Shown: positions 48,923 through 60,484 of the stretch, piece after piece
How the letters are laid out: every line of letters begins with the position of its first letter
Numbering within the stretch: the stretch's first letter is position 1
DNA from: an uncultured Rubrivirga sp.
GTDB lineage: Bacteria; Actinomycetota; Actinomycetes; S36-B12
Direction: 5' to 3'
Length of the DNA: 64,000 bases
Assembly: GCA_964385255.1 (NCBI GenBank)
Contig: CAYLOH010000002.1
Span: 22,965 to 86,964 of the forward strand
Position numbers and translations under genes: made by a program
Notes under the pieces: generated by a model
The model's input: only the letters and a program-made list of their open reading frames with translations
Database searches by the model: none
What the model was told of the DNA's origin: nothing

Positions 48923-50559
48923 GTGGTTCACGCACGCTGATTGTCAATGCGATCGTGCACTCTCGCAGCGACCCATTCGCAACAGCGCTCTTGATCGATG
49001 CCGGCGTTATCGCCTGGGTTGGCGATGACGCAGGTGCGCGGGTGCACTACGACATAGCGAACACGATCGTCGATCTCGAGGGGAAGTTCGTTGCGCCTGG
49101 GTTTGTGGATTCGCATGTCCATGCCACCTCGACGGGTCTCCAGATAACCGGACTTGATCTGACGGCGGCCAGGAATGCCGCCGACGTCCTGCGTTCGGTG
49201 GAAGAACAAGCGAAGGCCACGCGAGGTGGTTTCGTGTATGGGCACGGATGGGATCAGACGCTGTGGTCCGATCCGCGATTGCCGGATCGAGCGGAAATCG
49301 ATCGGGCATCCTGGGGGAGCGAGGTGTACCTCTCGCGTATCGACGTTCACTCGGCACTCGTATCGAGTGCTCTGGTTGCCCGAGTGGTCGACGCACGTTC
49401 GCTGGAGGGTTTCGATGCCCACGGACCGGTTACCAAGGACGCACACAACGCGTTGCGGGAGGCCGCCTTGGTCCGGGTTCGTCCGTCGGATCGCCGCGCG
49501 GCTCATCTGGCTACGTTGGCGGACGCTGCAGCCCACGGAATCGTCTCGCTGCATGAAATGTCCGGTCCCTCGATCGGTGGGGCCGACGATCTGCGCGACC
49601 TACTCGCCACCGCTACCGATATGAGCGGACCGTCGGTATTCGGTTACTGGGGGCAGACTGCGGCCGAGGGCGGCATCGACGTCGCGCGGGAACTAGGTGC
49701 GATCGGTGTAGGTGGGGACTTGTTCGTCGATGGATCGCTGGGCTCCCACACGGCTGCACTCGAAGAGCCGTATGCGGATAGTCCGACCTCCCGGGGTGCG
49801 CAGTACCTGTCCCGTGAAGAGATCATCGATCACTTGCGCGCGACGACGCTGGCAGGGATTCCGGGCGGTTTTCACACCATCGGCGATGCGGCGTGTGCGG
49901 ACGTTGCAGCGGGGGTGGCGGCTGTGGCGGCTGAACTCGGCCGGCCAGTGGTGCGCTCGTTGGGTCACCGCATCGAGCATGCGGAAATGCTGCACGAGGA
50001 GGACATCTCCCTGCTCGTGAGTAATGGCGTCACCTTCAGCATGCAGCCAGTCTTCGACGCCTACTGGGGCGGACCAGGTGGAATGTACGACCAACGCCTG
50101 GGCACCGAGCGTGCCCACCGGATGAACCGCTTGGCGACCATCGTGTCTGCCGGTGGCCGACTGACGATCAACTCCGATTCACCCGTGACGCCGATGCGAC
50201 CGTGGTCCCTTGTGCGCGCCGCCACGGAGCACAGTCGGGCGAACGAGAGTTTGTCCGCGCGCGCTGCGTTCAACGCCGCGACCCGCGGTGGTTGGCGAGC
50301 GATTGGATCGGAGGGTGTAGGTGTGATCGAGTTGGGTGCGCCCGCCCACCTCGCTGTTTGGGACACGGCTGAACTCGAGGTTCGCGTCCCCGATGACACG
50401 GTTGTCAACTGGTCCACCGATCCGCGTGCTGCTACACCGGGTCTGCCTAGGTTGGACGACGGTGATCCGGTGTGTCTGGCCACTTTGGTCGATGGTCGGG
50501 TGATCCACGGCGAGGAGTACTGGAGCGAGCGGACTGCCGCGATGGGGAGCACCGCGTGA
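48919..50559 (+). CDS. amidohydrolase family protein (Amidohydro_3-like)
   Basis: PGFVDSHVH metal motif and HTIGD. GTG 48919 overlaps the upstream stop, so the track ORF is trimmed. Confidence 0.85.
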   Translation: MSGSRTLIVNAIVHSRSDPFATALLIDAGVIAWVGDDAGARVHYDIANTIVDLEGKFVAPGFVDSHVHATSTGLQITGLDLTAARNAADVLRSVEEQAKATRGGFVYGHGWDQTLWSDPRLPDRAEIDRASWGSEVYLSRIDVHSALVSSALVARVVDARSLEGFDAHGPVTKDAHNALREAALVRVRPSDRRAAHLATLADAAAHGIVSLHEMSGPSIGGADDLRDLLATATDMSGPSVFGYWGQTAAEGGIDVARELGAIGVGGDLFVDGSLGSHTAALEEPYADSPTSRGAQYLSREEIIDHLRATTLAGIPGGFHTIGDAACADVAAGVAAVAAELGRPVVRSLGHRIEHAEMLHEEDISLLVSNGVTFSMQPVFDAYWGGPGGMYDQRLGTERAHRMNRLATIVSAGGRLTINSDSPVTPMRPWSLVRAATEHSRANESLSARAAFNAATRGGWRAIGSEGVGVIELGAPAHLAVWDTAELEVRVPDDTVVNWSTDPRAATPGLPRLDDGDPVCLATLVDGRVIHGEEYWSERTAAMGSTA

Positions 50560-52088
50560 GCCCGGGCTTGCAGTGGCTGGTCGGACTCGCGATCGCCGCG
50601 ATCTCCGGTGTCGCGACGGCACTTTCTTTCGCTCCGTTCGGCTGGTGGCCGTTTGCGTTCCTGGGTGTGGCGGGTGTGTTGGCCGTGCAGTGGCGTACCA
50701 CGAGCGGTCGATCGGCGACACTCGGGTTCGTCTACGGACTCACGTTCTTCCTTGTCTTGATGCCATGGATGACCGTTATCGGCACCGACGCGTGGATCCT
50801 GCTGGCGGCCTACTGCGCACTGTGGAATGCAGCGTTCGGATCACTCGTGGGCCCGCTGAGTCGGTTGCGTGGGGGAACGCTGTGGGTGGCGAGCGGCTGG
50901 GTTGTGATGGAGGCCCTTCGCGGAAGGGTGCCGCTGGGTGGCTTCCCGTGGGGAGAGATCGCCTTCTCCCAGGGGAATTCACCCCTGGCCGCCTTGACTT
51001 CCGTGGCGGGCATGGCGGGCGTGACATTCCTCGTCGTCTGGACCGCTGCGCTTGCGATCGAGGCGGTACGGCGCAGGCGCTGGCGTGCCGTAAGCGTGGT
51101 CGTCGTCCTTAGTTTCTTGGTGAGCTTCGTGATTCCTCGGCCCTTCGAGTTCGGTGGCGACAGCAGCACAGCGCTCGTTGCCGTCGTGCAAGGGGGAACA
51201 CCCGGAACCGGCATGGAAGCCATGGATGTGCGCCGCGCAGTGCTGCAGGGCCATGTGGACCAGACGCTCGCCTTGGCGGACGCGATCTCCGCCGGTGAGG
51301 TACCCCAGCCGCAATTCGTTCTCTGGCCGGAGAACTCCTCGGATATAGACCCGTACCGCGACGCCTCCGCAGCCGAAGAGATCAGCGCGGCCGCAGCAGC
51401 CGTGGGTGCACCGATCGTGGTGGGTGCCGTGGTGCAGACGGACGATCCTTCGAAGGTGGAGAACACGGGCATCGTGTGGGACCCGGTGACGGGACCGGGG
51501 GAGCGCTACGTCAAGAACCATCCCGTTCCCTTCGGGGAGTTCGTACCTTTCCGTGAGCAACTCGCCCCGCTGATCGGGCGCTTCGAGCGGGTGCCGCGCG
51601 ACTTCGTTCGTGGGGATTCCCCCGGAGTTCTCACCGCCGGTGGGATCGTGATCGGGGACGTCATCTGTTTCGAGGTGGCCTACGACGACGTCTTCATCGG
51701 CGTGATCGACGGTGGCGCTCAACTCATCACCGTCCAGACCAACAATGCGACATACCAAGGGACGGGACAACCTGAGCAGCAATGGGACATCTCACGCCTT
51801 CGCGCCTTGCAAGCAGGTCGCACGGTTGTGGTCGCGTCGACTACCGGGGTGAGCGGATTCATCGAGCCGGACGGAAGAGTCGTAGCGCGAATGGAAGAAG
51901 GAGAGCGCGGCTTTCTGGTGCAGGAGGTAGCGCTGCGCACCGGCCGAACGCCCAGCACGCTGCTGGGCGCCATTCCGGAGATCCTGGCGGGCGGAGCATT
52001 GCTGACCGGTCTGGTCATCGCCATGTACGTCCATCGTCGACGACGATCCATCAATGCCGTAGCCGCCGACGTTAGGGTTGGCGGGTGA
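50556..52088 (+). CDS. lnt: apolipoprotein N-acyltransferase
   Basis: Polytopic N-terminus plus a CN-hydrolase domain (WPENS, ...K..., ICFE). GTG 50556 overlaps the upstream stop. Confidence 0.9.
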   Translation: MSPGLQWLVGLAIAAISGVATALSFAPFGWWPFAFLGVAGVLAVQWRTTSGRSATLGFVYGLTFFLVLMPWMTVIGTDAWILLAAYCALWNAAFGSLVGPLSRLRGGTLWVASGWVVMEALRGRVPLGGFPWGEIAFSQGNSPLAALTSVAGMAGVTFLVVWTAALAIEAVRRRRWRAVSVVVVLSFLVSFVIPRPFEFGGDSSTALVAVVQGGTPGTGMEAMDVRRAVLQGHVDQTLALADAISAGEVPQPQFVLWPENSSDIDPYRDASAAEEISAAAAAVGAPIVVGAVVQTDDPSKVENTGIVWDPVTGPGERYVKNHPVPFGEFVPFREQLAPLIGRFERVPRDFVRGDSPGVLTAGGIVIGDVICFEVAYDDVFIGVIDGGAQLITVQTNNATYQGTGQPEQQWDISRLRALQAGRTVVVASTTGVSGFIEPDGRVVARMEEGERGFLVQEVALRTGRTPSTLLGAIPEILAGGALLTGLVIAMYVHRRRRSINAVAADVRVGG

Positions 52089-52870
52089 GCCAGGCGCATC
52101 TCGACTTCAGCGATCTGGGTCGCATTTTGGTGATCGTTCCGACCTATAACGAACGCGACTCATTGCCGTTGATCATCGAGCGAATACGGTCCTGTGTTCC
52201 TCAGGCCCACATCCTGATTGCCGACGACAACTCACCGGATGGAACCGGCGCCATCGCAGACGCCGTGGCCTCGGCCGATTCCCAGGTTCGGGTACTGCAT
52301 CGACGTACCAAGGAAGGGCTGGGTGCGGCATACATAGCCGGCTTCCGGTGGGGGCTGGACGAGGGCTTCGACGTTCTCGTCGAGATGGACGCCGACGGCT
52401 CGCATCAGCCCGAGCAACTGCCGCGTCTGCTGGAGGCCCTGCGCCAGGCGGACCTCGTTCTGGGATCACGCTGGGTGGCCGGGGGAGGCACCCAGAACTG
52501 GTCCAAGGGCCGAGAGGTCCTCTCACGCGGGGGCAACCTCTACACACGGACGATGCTCGGTGTTCCGATCTATGACGCAACCGGCGGCTATCGGGCGTTT
52601 CGGGCCGACACGCTGCGCGGAATCGACTTGCACACTGTCGAGTCGCAGGGCTACTGCTTCCAGGTGGATCTCGCCTGGCGCGCAGTACAGCGGGGATTCA
52701 TCGTAACCGAGGTTCCCATCACGTTCGTCGAGCGAGCGGTCGGTACCAGCAAGATGAGTCGAGCGATCGTGGCCGAGGCGCTATGGCGTGTCACGCAGTG
52801 GGGAGTCGCAGAACGCGCGGGTCAGTTCAAGGACGCCCTCACGGGGCGCCGGCGCCGACCGACCGTCTGA
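52085..52870 (+). CDS. ppm1: polyprenol monophosphomannose synthase
   Basis: GT2 fold with IVPTYNE, DDNSPDGT and MDADGSH. The start overlaps the lnt stop. The lnt-ppm1 pairing is as in mycobacteria and corynebacteria. Confidence 0.9.
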   Translation: MSQAHLDFSDLGRILVIVPTYNERDSLPLIIERIRSCVPQAHILIADDNSPDGTGAIADAVASADSQVRVLHRRTKEGLGAAYIAGFRWGLDEGFDVLVEMDADGSHQPEQLPRLLEALRQADLVLGSRWVAGGGTQNWSKGREVLSRGGNLYTRTMLGVPIYDATGGYRAFRADTLRGIDLHTVESQGYCFQVDLAWRAVQRGFIVTEVPITFVERAVGTSKMSRAIVAEALWRVTQWGVAERAGQFKDALTGRRRRPTV

Positions 52871-52890
52871 CGAGGGCGCACTTCAGGATC

Positions 52891-53370
52891 ATGGGCATCA
52901 AGGGACGTCTCATCGTGTTCGGCTATCCGCTGGCCGAAGTCCTCGCATTGTGGGGTGTGGCAAGCGTCATCGGTTGGGGCTGGGCGTTCGTGGGACTGGT
53001 GCTGGGGATTCCCGTGGGACTGGCGCTCATCCGCAACGCCGGAGCCAGCGCTGCTGGACTGATGCAGGCGAACACCGCGGGCGATGCTCGCCGCGTCGCA
53101 CAGACCGCATCGTCGATGACCGGGCAGTTCGTAGCTGGAGTCCTGATCGCTGTCCCCGGTTACCTCACGGACGTGTTGGGGCTCGCGCTGCTCCTACCCG
53201 GGGTGCGCAATGCAATCGGTCGACGCGTGATGCGCCGCTACGGCAGTAGCCCGTGGATGGCGCGGATGCCAGGGTCGGGCCCGATCATCCAGGGAACAGT
53301 GATCGTGGAGGATCTCCGCTACGAAGACCGTCCCGACTCCGGCGATGAGCCACCGGCCATCGCGCGCTGA
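52891..53370 (+). CDS. fxsA: FxsA family membrane protein
   Basis: N-terminal TM helices with the VPGYLTDVLGLALLLP motif. The start is trimmed to MGIKGR. Confidence 0.82.
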   Translation: MGIKGRLIVFGYPLAEVLALWGVASVIGWGWAFVGLVLGIPVGLALIRNAGASAAGLMQANTAGDARRVAQTASSMTGQFVAGVLIAVPGYLTDVLGLALLLPGVRNAIGRRVMRRYGSSPWMARMPGSGPIIQGTVIVEDLRYEDRPDSGDEPPAIAR

Positions 53371-53418
53371 CTCGCAGTTCCCGGCTGCGAGCCAGCACCT
53401 TGGGCCCGTCTTGCCGCA

Positions 53419-53772
53419 CTAGGCCGACCGGGGCAGGTCCTCGCGGGATTCGCGGAGCAGCGTCAGTCGCTCTTCGAGCAGTTCTTCGAGGTCGGCGCGT
53501 GTACGGCGTTCCATCAACATGTCCCAGTGGGTGCGAACGTGTCTTTCCGCCTTGGGCGCCTCGGGTTCGATCTCCTCGGTGATCGCGGTCTCACCGCACC
53601 GGCAGGTCCACTCCCTCGGGATTTCGTCTGCGTCGACGAAGTACGGGACATCCGACACGTGACCCGTGGGGCAGACGTACCGGACGATCCGTCGCTCCGC
53701 AGGAGCCACGTGCTCGTCCCGCTCGTAACTGAGGGCACCGAGTCGGGTGCCACGCATCGAGGTCTCGCCCAT
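53419..53772 (-). CDS. rbpA: RNA polymerase-binding protein RbpA
   Basis: 117 aa with RGTRLGALSYE, a C...C.C.. zinc-ribbon-like core (YVCPTGH...WTCRCG), and the sigma-interaction helix RTHWDMLMERR. Confidence 0.93.
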   Translation of the reverse strand: MGETSMRGTRLGALSYERDEHVAPAERRIVRYVCPTGHVSDVPYFVDADEIPREWTCRCGETAITEEIEPEAPKAERHVRTHWDMLMERRTRADLEELLEERLTLLRESREDLPRSA

Positions 53773-53935
53773 TGCTGCCTCCCTGGTTCGTCGGTCCTCG
53801 CTGGGCCCCGGGGGAGGGGCTGGCGAGGTTGTTGATAGGACGCACCGGGCGGGGGAGGGGTTCCCTCGGGCGCGCTCACTCAGGCTGACACCACGGGCAC
53901 TGCCCGTACAGGGGTGCGATGGTCCAGGACCGGTC

Positions 53936-54226
53936 TTAGCCGGCCAGCAGTGCCACGACCACGATCACGATGGCGACGGCGGCCCCGATACCCACCCATG
54001 GCGCTACCTTCGACGAACGGCGGTAGGCGGGCTTGCCAGAACCGTCGGCTATCTGTCCGGCCTTCCTCAGGCGGTCGTTCTCCCGGGCGATTCGGGCAGC
54101 CTTCGCGGCACGTTCCTGCGCCGTGGGCTCCTTCGGGGCCGCTTCGATCGTGAGGTCATCGGGGACGAAGTCGGGGATCTCCCCGGCGGGACCGTTGTCT
54201 GGATCTTCCGGGGGAGACGTGGTCAT
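53936..54226 (-). CDS. hypothetical tail-anchored membrane protein
   Basis: 96 aa with an acidic N-terminus, a basic helical middle (ERAAKAARIARENDRLRKAG) and a single C-terminal TM (WVGIGAAVAIVIVVVALLAG). Confidence 0.5.
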   Translation of the reverse strand: MTTSPPEDPDNGPAGEIPDFVPDDLTIEAAPKEPTAQERAAKAARIARENDRLRKAGQIADGSGKPAYRRSSKVAPWVGIGAAVAIVIVVVALLAG

Positions 54227-54273
54227 GCTTCCAGGATGACACGAACGGCCGTCCGAGTGCCGTGGGGGGCGGG

Positions 54274-55845
<1,572 letters not shown>

Positions 55846-55876
55846 TTATGTCCGTTAGAATCGATAAGCTCTGAGT

Positions 55877-56488
55877 GTGACGTCCTCCTCGCCGGGCCAC
55901 TGGGACTCATCCTTCGCCGCCGACCACACCGCACGTGGCTGGTACCAGGCAACTGCGGATCCGAGTTGGTTGATGATCGGCGAACTGGACCCGTCGACTC
56001 CCGCCCTGGATGTCGGCGCAGGCGCGTCTGTGTGGATCGACGAGGCGCTGGACCGAGGCTGGAGCGACGTCACGGTCCTGGATTGGTCGCCCGTGGCGCT
56101 GCGGCTGTCTCAGACGCGCCTGGGAAGCCGGGCCGCCTCCGTGTCGTGGATCGAGGGCGATCTGTTGTCCTGGTCTCCCCCGCGGTTGTTCGGTCTATGG
56201 CACGACCGGGCCGTCCTACATTTCCTCCTCGAGGATGCTGATCGCACTCGCTACGCCGAGGTGCTGCGTGCGGCTACCGAGCCGGGTTCCGTCGTCGTTA
56301 TCGGCGGATTCGGTCCCACGGGGCCGCAGATGTGCGCCGGACTCCCCGTGAGACGACAGACCGTCACGGATTTCGAAGCCTTGTTCGGGTCGGATTTCAC
56401 CATCGAACGAACGTACGAACAGTCACATGTGCGACCAGACAACGACACCCAGGACTATCTGTGGGTTCGCGCCGTTCGCACATCGTGA
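55877..56488 (+). CDS. class I SAM-dependent methyltransferase
   Basis: 203 aa with motif I LDVGAGASVW and an acidic-loop LD. GTG start. Confidence 0.78.
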   Translation: MTSSSPGHWDSSFAADHTARGWYQATADPSWLMIGELDPSTPALDVGAGASVWIDEALDRGWSDVTVLDWSPVALRLSQTRLGSRAASVSWIEGDLLSWSPPRLFGLWHDRAVLHFLLEDADRTRYAEVLRAATEPGSVVVIGGFGPTGPQMCAGLPVRRQTVTDFEALFGSDFTIERTYEQSHVRPDNDTQDYLWVRAVRTS

Positions 56489-56543
56489 CCCGTTGACACC
56501 CGCACCACGAACAGGATGGTCCCCCTGGCTGCGGTCCGTAGTC

Positions 56544-59381
56544 CTACCTGGCGGCCAGTTCCTCGGGGCGTGGGCAACTGCACACCAAGTTGCGATCGCC
56601 GTAGGCGCCGTCGATACGGCGCACCGGTGGCCAGTACTTGCCGTGCTCCATTCCTGGTGCAGGAAACGCGGCGAGTCGCGCCGGGTACGGGTGGTTCCAA
56701 TCACCGATCAGACAGTCCGCAGTGTGCGGGGCGTTGACGAGGGGGTTGTCCTCCGCGGGCCACTCACCGGCCGCAACTGCATCGATCTCGGCTTTGATCG
56801 CGATCATGGCATCGCAGAACCGATCGATCTCGACGAGTGACTCGCTTTCGGTCGGTTCGACCATCAACGTACCCGCGACGGGGAAGGACATCGTCGGCGC
56901 GTGGAATCCGTAGTCCATCAATCGCTTGGCGATGTCGTCGACGGTGATCCCACTCGACGCCGTGATGGGACGGACGTCGAGGATGCATTCGTGCGCCACG
57001 GTTCCGTTGGGAGCGGTGTACAAGATCGGATAGTGGTCTTTGAGGCGATGCGCGATGTAGTTCGCGGACAAGATCGCGGTACTCGTGGCCTGCCGGAGCC
57101 CGGCATCCCCCATCATGCGGATGTACATCCACGGAATCGGCAGGATGCCCGCACTTCCCCAGGGCGCACCGCTGACCGGCCCCACCCCTCCATCGGGGAA
57201 GCCACGGCCCGTCGGCCCCGCATCAGGACGTAGGGGGTGACCAGGCAGATACGGCGCAAGGTGTGCACGCACGCCGATCGGGCCGACTCCGGGTCCTCCT
57301 CCCCCGTGCGGGATCGCGAACGTCTTGTGCAGGTTCAGATGCGAGACGTCCGCGCCGAACTTGCCGGGCTTTGCCAACCCGACGAGTGCATTGAGGTTCG
57401 CCCCATCGACGTAGACCTGCCCCCCGGCCTCGTGCACCAGCACGCAGATGTCCCTTACCGCTTCCTCGAATACGCCGTGTGTCGAGGGATAGGTGATCAT
57501 CAGGGCAGCGAGATTGTCCCTATGCAGCGCGATCTTCGACTTGAGGTCCTCGATATCGACGTCCCCAATGTCATCGGTAGCCACCACCACGACACTCATT
57601 CCAGCCATCACTGCACTTGCTGCGTTGGTGCCATGAGCACTGCTGGGTATCAGACACACGGTCCGCTGAAAATCACCGTTCGCCCGGTGGTAGCCGCGGA
57701 TCGCCATAAGACCGGCGAACTCCCCCTGCGAACCTGCATTGGGCTGCACTGAGACTGCGTCATAACCGGTGATCGACATGAGCCACTGCTCGAGTTCGTT
57801 GATCATCCCGACGTAGGGCTCGACCTGATCCGCAGGTGCGAATGGGTGTATCTCGGCGAATTGTGGCCAGGTGATCGGTGCCATTTCCGCGGCGGCATTG
57901 AGCTTCATGGTGCACGAACCGAGAGGGATCATCGTGCGATCGAGAGCAAGATCCTTATCCGCCAGTGAACGCATGTAACGCATGAGCGATGTCTCGCTGC
58001 GGTGCGCATGGAAGACCGGGAACTGCAACAGCTCCCCCGACCTGACGAGATTGTCAGGCAGCCTCGCAGGTGTCTCCGGCGCGATTTCGAAGCCGAGAGC
58101 GCGCGCAACCGTCTCGGCTTGCTCGTCAGTGGTGGTCTCGTCGACCGTCAAAGTCACGAGGTCGTCATTCACTTTTCGGATATTCACCCCGGCCATCTTC
58201 GCCTGGGTGACTAACCGCTCGGCCTGGCCGGTTGCCCAGATAGCGACCGTGTCGAATAGGTACTCGTTGCGTGCGTCGAAACCTGCAGCCCTGGCACCTT
58301 CGTGTAGTCGGGATGCGAGGCTGTTCACGCGACGTGCGATTGCGGTAAGCCCATCGGGCCCGTGGTAAACCGCGTACATTCCAGCGAGTACGGCCAGTAG
58401 AACTTGGGCCGTGCAGATGTTGCTGGTCGCCTTCTCGCGCCGGATGTGTTGCTCGCGGGTCTGTAGGGCCAAGCGGTAGGCAGGTCGCCCGTCTGCATCC
58501 ACGCTTACGCCGACGAGCCGCCCGGGGAGCGACCGCTCCAGACCCGATCGAACCGCGATGTAGCCCGCGTGCGGGCCACCGAATGCCATCGGTACGCCGA
58601 AGCGCTGCATCGATCCCACAGCGATGTCCGCGCCCAAGGATCCGGGAGATTCCAGAAGCGTCAGCGCCAGTGGATCGGCGTCCACGATGACAAGCGCACC
58701 CCGCTCCTTCGCGGCCGCTATGACCGGACGTGGATCGATGACGGCACCCGTCGATGCCGGATATGCGATCACCACCCCCGAGAGTGAACCTTCGGGAAGT
58801 CCGTCCCGCGGATCGAAGTCGACCAGTTCGATGCCTTGCGGCTCGGCGCGTGTGCCGACGACTGCCCGCGTCTGAGGGTGTACGCCGCGATCGATGGCGA
58901 TTCGCTCGACCCCCTTTGGCCCATGCTTCACCGCCATCGTCATCGCTTCGGCCACCGCCGTCGGCTCGTCGAGCAGCGACGCTCCAGCAACGTGCAGACC
59001 GGTGAGATCCTCCACCAGCGTCTGGAAGTTCAGCAGCGCTTCGAGGCGCCCTTGGGAAATCTCGGGCTGATACGGCGTATAGGCCGTGTACCACCCTGCA
59101 TTCAGCACGATCCCACGCTTGATCGCCTCGGGCATCACGGTTCCGTGGTAGCCCAGCCCGATCATCGACGCAGGTCTTTCCACGGCATCTATGCGTCGCT
59201 CCAGTTCGGCGAGTGCCTGCGTCTCGCTCGCGGCCAGCGGAAGGTCCATGGCGTCGAGATCTTTGATGCTGGTCGGCACGACGGCATCGATGAACGCCTC
59301 GAGATCCGAATAGCCGAGTGCGACGAGCATCGCGTCAACGTCTGAGATACCAGGGCCGATATGACGGGCCGGGAAATCCAT
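56544..59381 (-). CDS. gcvP: glycine dehydrogenase (aminomethyl-transferring), P protein
   Basis: 945-aa single-chain P protein. The PLP-lysine context is [19 protein letters not shown]. Confidence 0.97.
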   Translation of the reverse strand: MDFPARHIGPGISDVDAMLVALGYSDLEAFIDAVVPTSIKDLDAMDLPLAASETQALAELERRIDAVERPASMIGLGYHGTVMPEAIKRGIVLNAGWYTAYTPYQPEISQGRLEALLNFQTLVEDLTGLHVAGASLLDEPTAVAEAMTMAVKHGPKGVERIAIDRGVHPQTRAVVGTRAEPQGIELVDFDPRDGLPEGSLSGVVIAYPASTGAVIDPRPVIAAAKERGALVIVDADPLALTLLESPGSLGADIAVGSMQRFGVPMAFGGPHAGYIAVRSGLERSLPGRLVGVSVDADGRPAYRLALQTREQHIRREKATSNICTAQVLLAVLAGMYAVYHGPDGLTAIARRVNSLASRLHEGARAAGFDARNEYLFDTVAIWATGQAERLVTQAKMAGVNIRKVNDDLVTLTVDETTTDEQAETVARALGFEIAPETPARLPDNLVRSGELLQFPVFHAHRSETSLMRYMRSLADKDLALDRTMIPLGSCTMKLNAAAEMAPITWPQFAEIHPFAPADQVEPYVGMINELEQWLMSITGYDAVSVQPNAGSQGEFAGLMAIRGYHRANGDFQRTVCLIPSSAHGTNAASAVMAGMSVVVVATDDIGDVDIEDLKSKIALHRDNLAALMITYPSTHGVFEEAVRDICVLVHEAGGQVYVDGANLNALVGLAKPGKFGADVSHLNLHKTFAIPHGGGGPGVGPIGVRAHLAPYLPGHPLRPDAGPTGRGFPDGGVGPVSGAPWGSAGILPIPWMYIRMMGDAGLRQATSTAILSANYIAHRLKDHYPILYTAPNGTVAHECILDVRPITASSGITVDDIAKRLMDYGFHAPTMSFPVAGTLMVEPTESESLVEIDRFCDAMIAIKAEIDAVAAGEWPAEDNPLVNAPHTADCLIGDWNHPYPARLAAFPAPGMEHGKYWPPVRRIDGAYGDRNLVCSCPRPEELAAR

Positions 59382-59444
59382 GTCATCTCCAGGTGGTGCG
59401 CAGGGGCGAACAGGGGGTACCGCTCCCCCTCTGTTACCCGCGCA

Positions 59445-59615
59445 GAGCGCGACCTGAGAGTTTCACCGTGGCACACCACGGTTTTCACCTTCGGTAGGGA
59501 TACATCCCTTTTCCAGAGCTGCCTTCCCATGCGGTACCGGTGCCTGAGAGTTTGTCGGGGCGATTGCTCCTTCGGCGGCTACGACCCTGGCGTGGGCCGC
59601 GGCTCTCTCCCGCAT
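59445..59615 (-). promoter_or_regulatory. tandem glycine riboswitch (two aptamers) in the gcvP leader
   Basis: The minus strand reads GGGAGAG...CCGCCGAAGGAGCAA...CTCTCAGG, then CTCTGGA...ACCGAAGGTGAAA...CTCTCAGG. These are the conserved cores of both aptamers. A hairpin (59411-59436) and a GGAG Shine-Dalgarno follow before ATG 59381. Confidence 0.9.
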
Positions 59616-59708
59616 GGATTGTTTCGGCACTCCCACGATAGCCCTAGAAGCCACCTGGTGCGCCACGAAACGCACGAGAAACGCAGAGCGCGGCGCTCAG
59701 ACCGCCGC

Positions 59709-60299
59709 TCAGACCGCCGCTCGGGCCGCCCGGCGGCGGGCCAGCTCGTCGGTGACGCCCACGGGGGCGATGGCCTCCCCTGCCGGATCCTCGGCCGGCA
59801 AGGTGGCCAGGGTGCCCTCGACCTCACGCCAGACGCTTCCCACGGCGATGCCGAACACTCCTTGACCGCCACGCACCAAGTCGATGACCTCATCGGCACT
59901 GCGACACTCGTAGATGCTGGCGCCATCGCTCATCAACGTAATCCGAGCGAGGTCCTCCCCATCGCGCATCGCGAGATGGTCGACGGCTGCACGGATGTTC
60001 TGCAGGGACACTCCTGTGTCGATAAGCCTCTTGACGATCCGCAAGATCAAGATGTCGCGGAAACCGTAAAGGCGCTGCGAACCCGAGCCACTAGCCCCCC
60101 GAACGGAAGGAACAACGAGCCCCGTGCGCGCCCAGTAGTCAAGCTGTCGGTAGGTGATGCCGGCTGCCGAGCAGGCCACCGGACCGCGGTAACCGACATT
60201 CCTGGGCAGCGGACGCAGATCGGCGTCGTCGAACAAGGCCCCTTGCTCGTCGGACTGTGGTCGCGGTGCGTCCGCTGAATGCACGAAGTTGCCGGTCAC
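59709..60299 (-). CDS. MerR family transcriptional regulator (Rv1830-like)
   Basis: HTH segment AAGITYRQLDYWARTGLVVPS...GSGSQRLYGFRDILILRIVKRL. GGAGG lies 5 nt upstream of GTG 60299. Confidence 0.88.
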   Translation of the reverse strand: MTGNFVHSADAPRPQSDEQGALFDDADLRPLPRNVGYRGPVACSAAGITYRQLDYWARTGLVVPSVRGASGSGSQRLYGFRDILILRIVKRLIDTGVSLQNIRAAVDHLAMRDGEDLARITLMSDGASIYECRSADEVIDLVRGGQGVFGIAVGSVWREVEGTLATLPAEDPAGEAIAPVGVTDELARRRAARAAV

Positions 60300-60484
60300 C
60301 TGGTCCTCCTCGTTGTGCCTTCACCCTACTGCCGGGCAGGTGAGCCAGGACCGGGGAAGAACTACAGCGCGAACCTAGGGACGAGACTCGAGTCGGACAA
60401 CACGACACGCCCAGGTGTCGATGTCGTAAGTCTCAACGTGAAGTGAAGACTGAGCAATGGAGGGGAGACGACTTCATTCGAGCG

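Noticed and set aside
53839-53864. SigR/SigH-type promoter (GGAAT-N18-GTT) upstream of rbpA, which is SigR-dependent in Streptomyces.
   Set aside because: I found GGAAC-N18-GTC on the minus strand. The -10 trinucleotide deviates at a critical T, so I do not call it. TSS mapping would be needed.
60403-60420. Inverted repeat CGACAC-N6-GTGTCG in the 186-bp spacer upstream of the Rv1830-like MerR gene, as a possible MerR operator.
   Set aside because: - The arms are short (6 bp).
- It lies more than 75 nt upstream of the TAGGGT hexamer rather than between -35 and -10, where MerR-type operators sit.
- It could equally be a terminator for the DUF151 gene.
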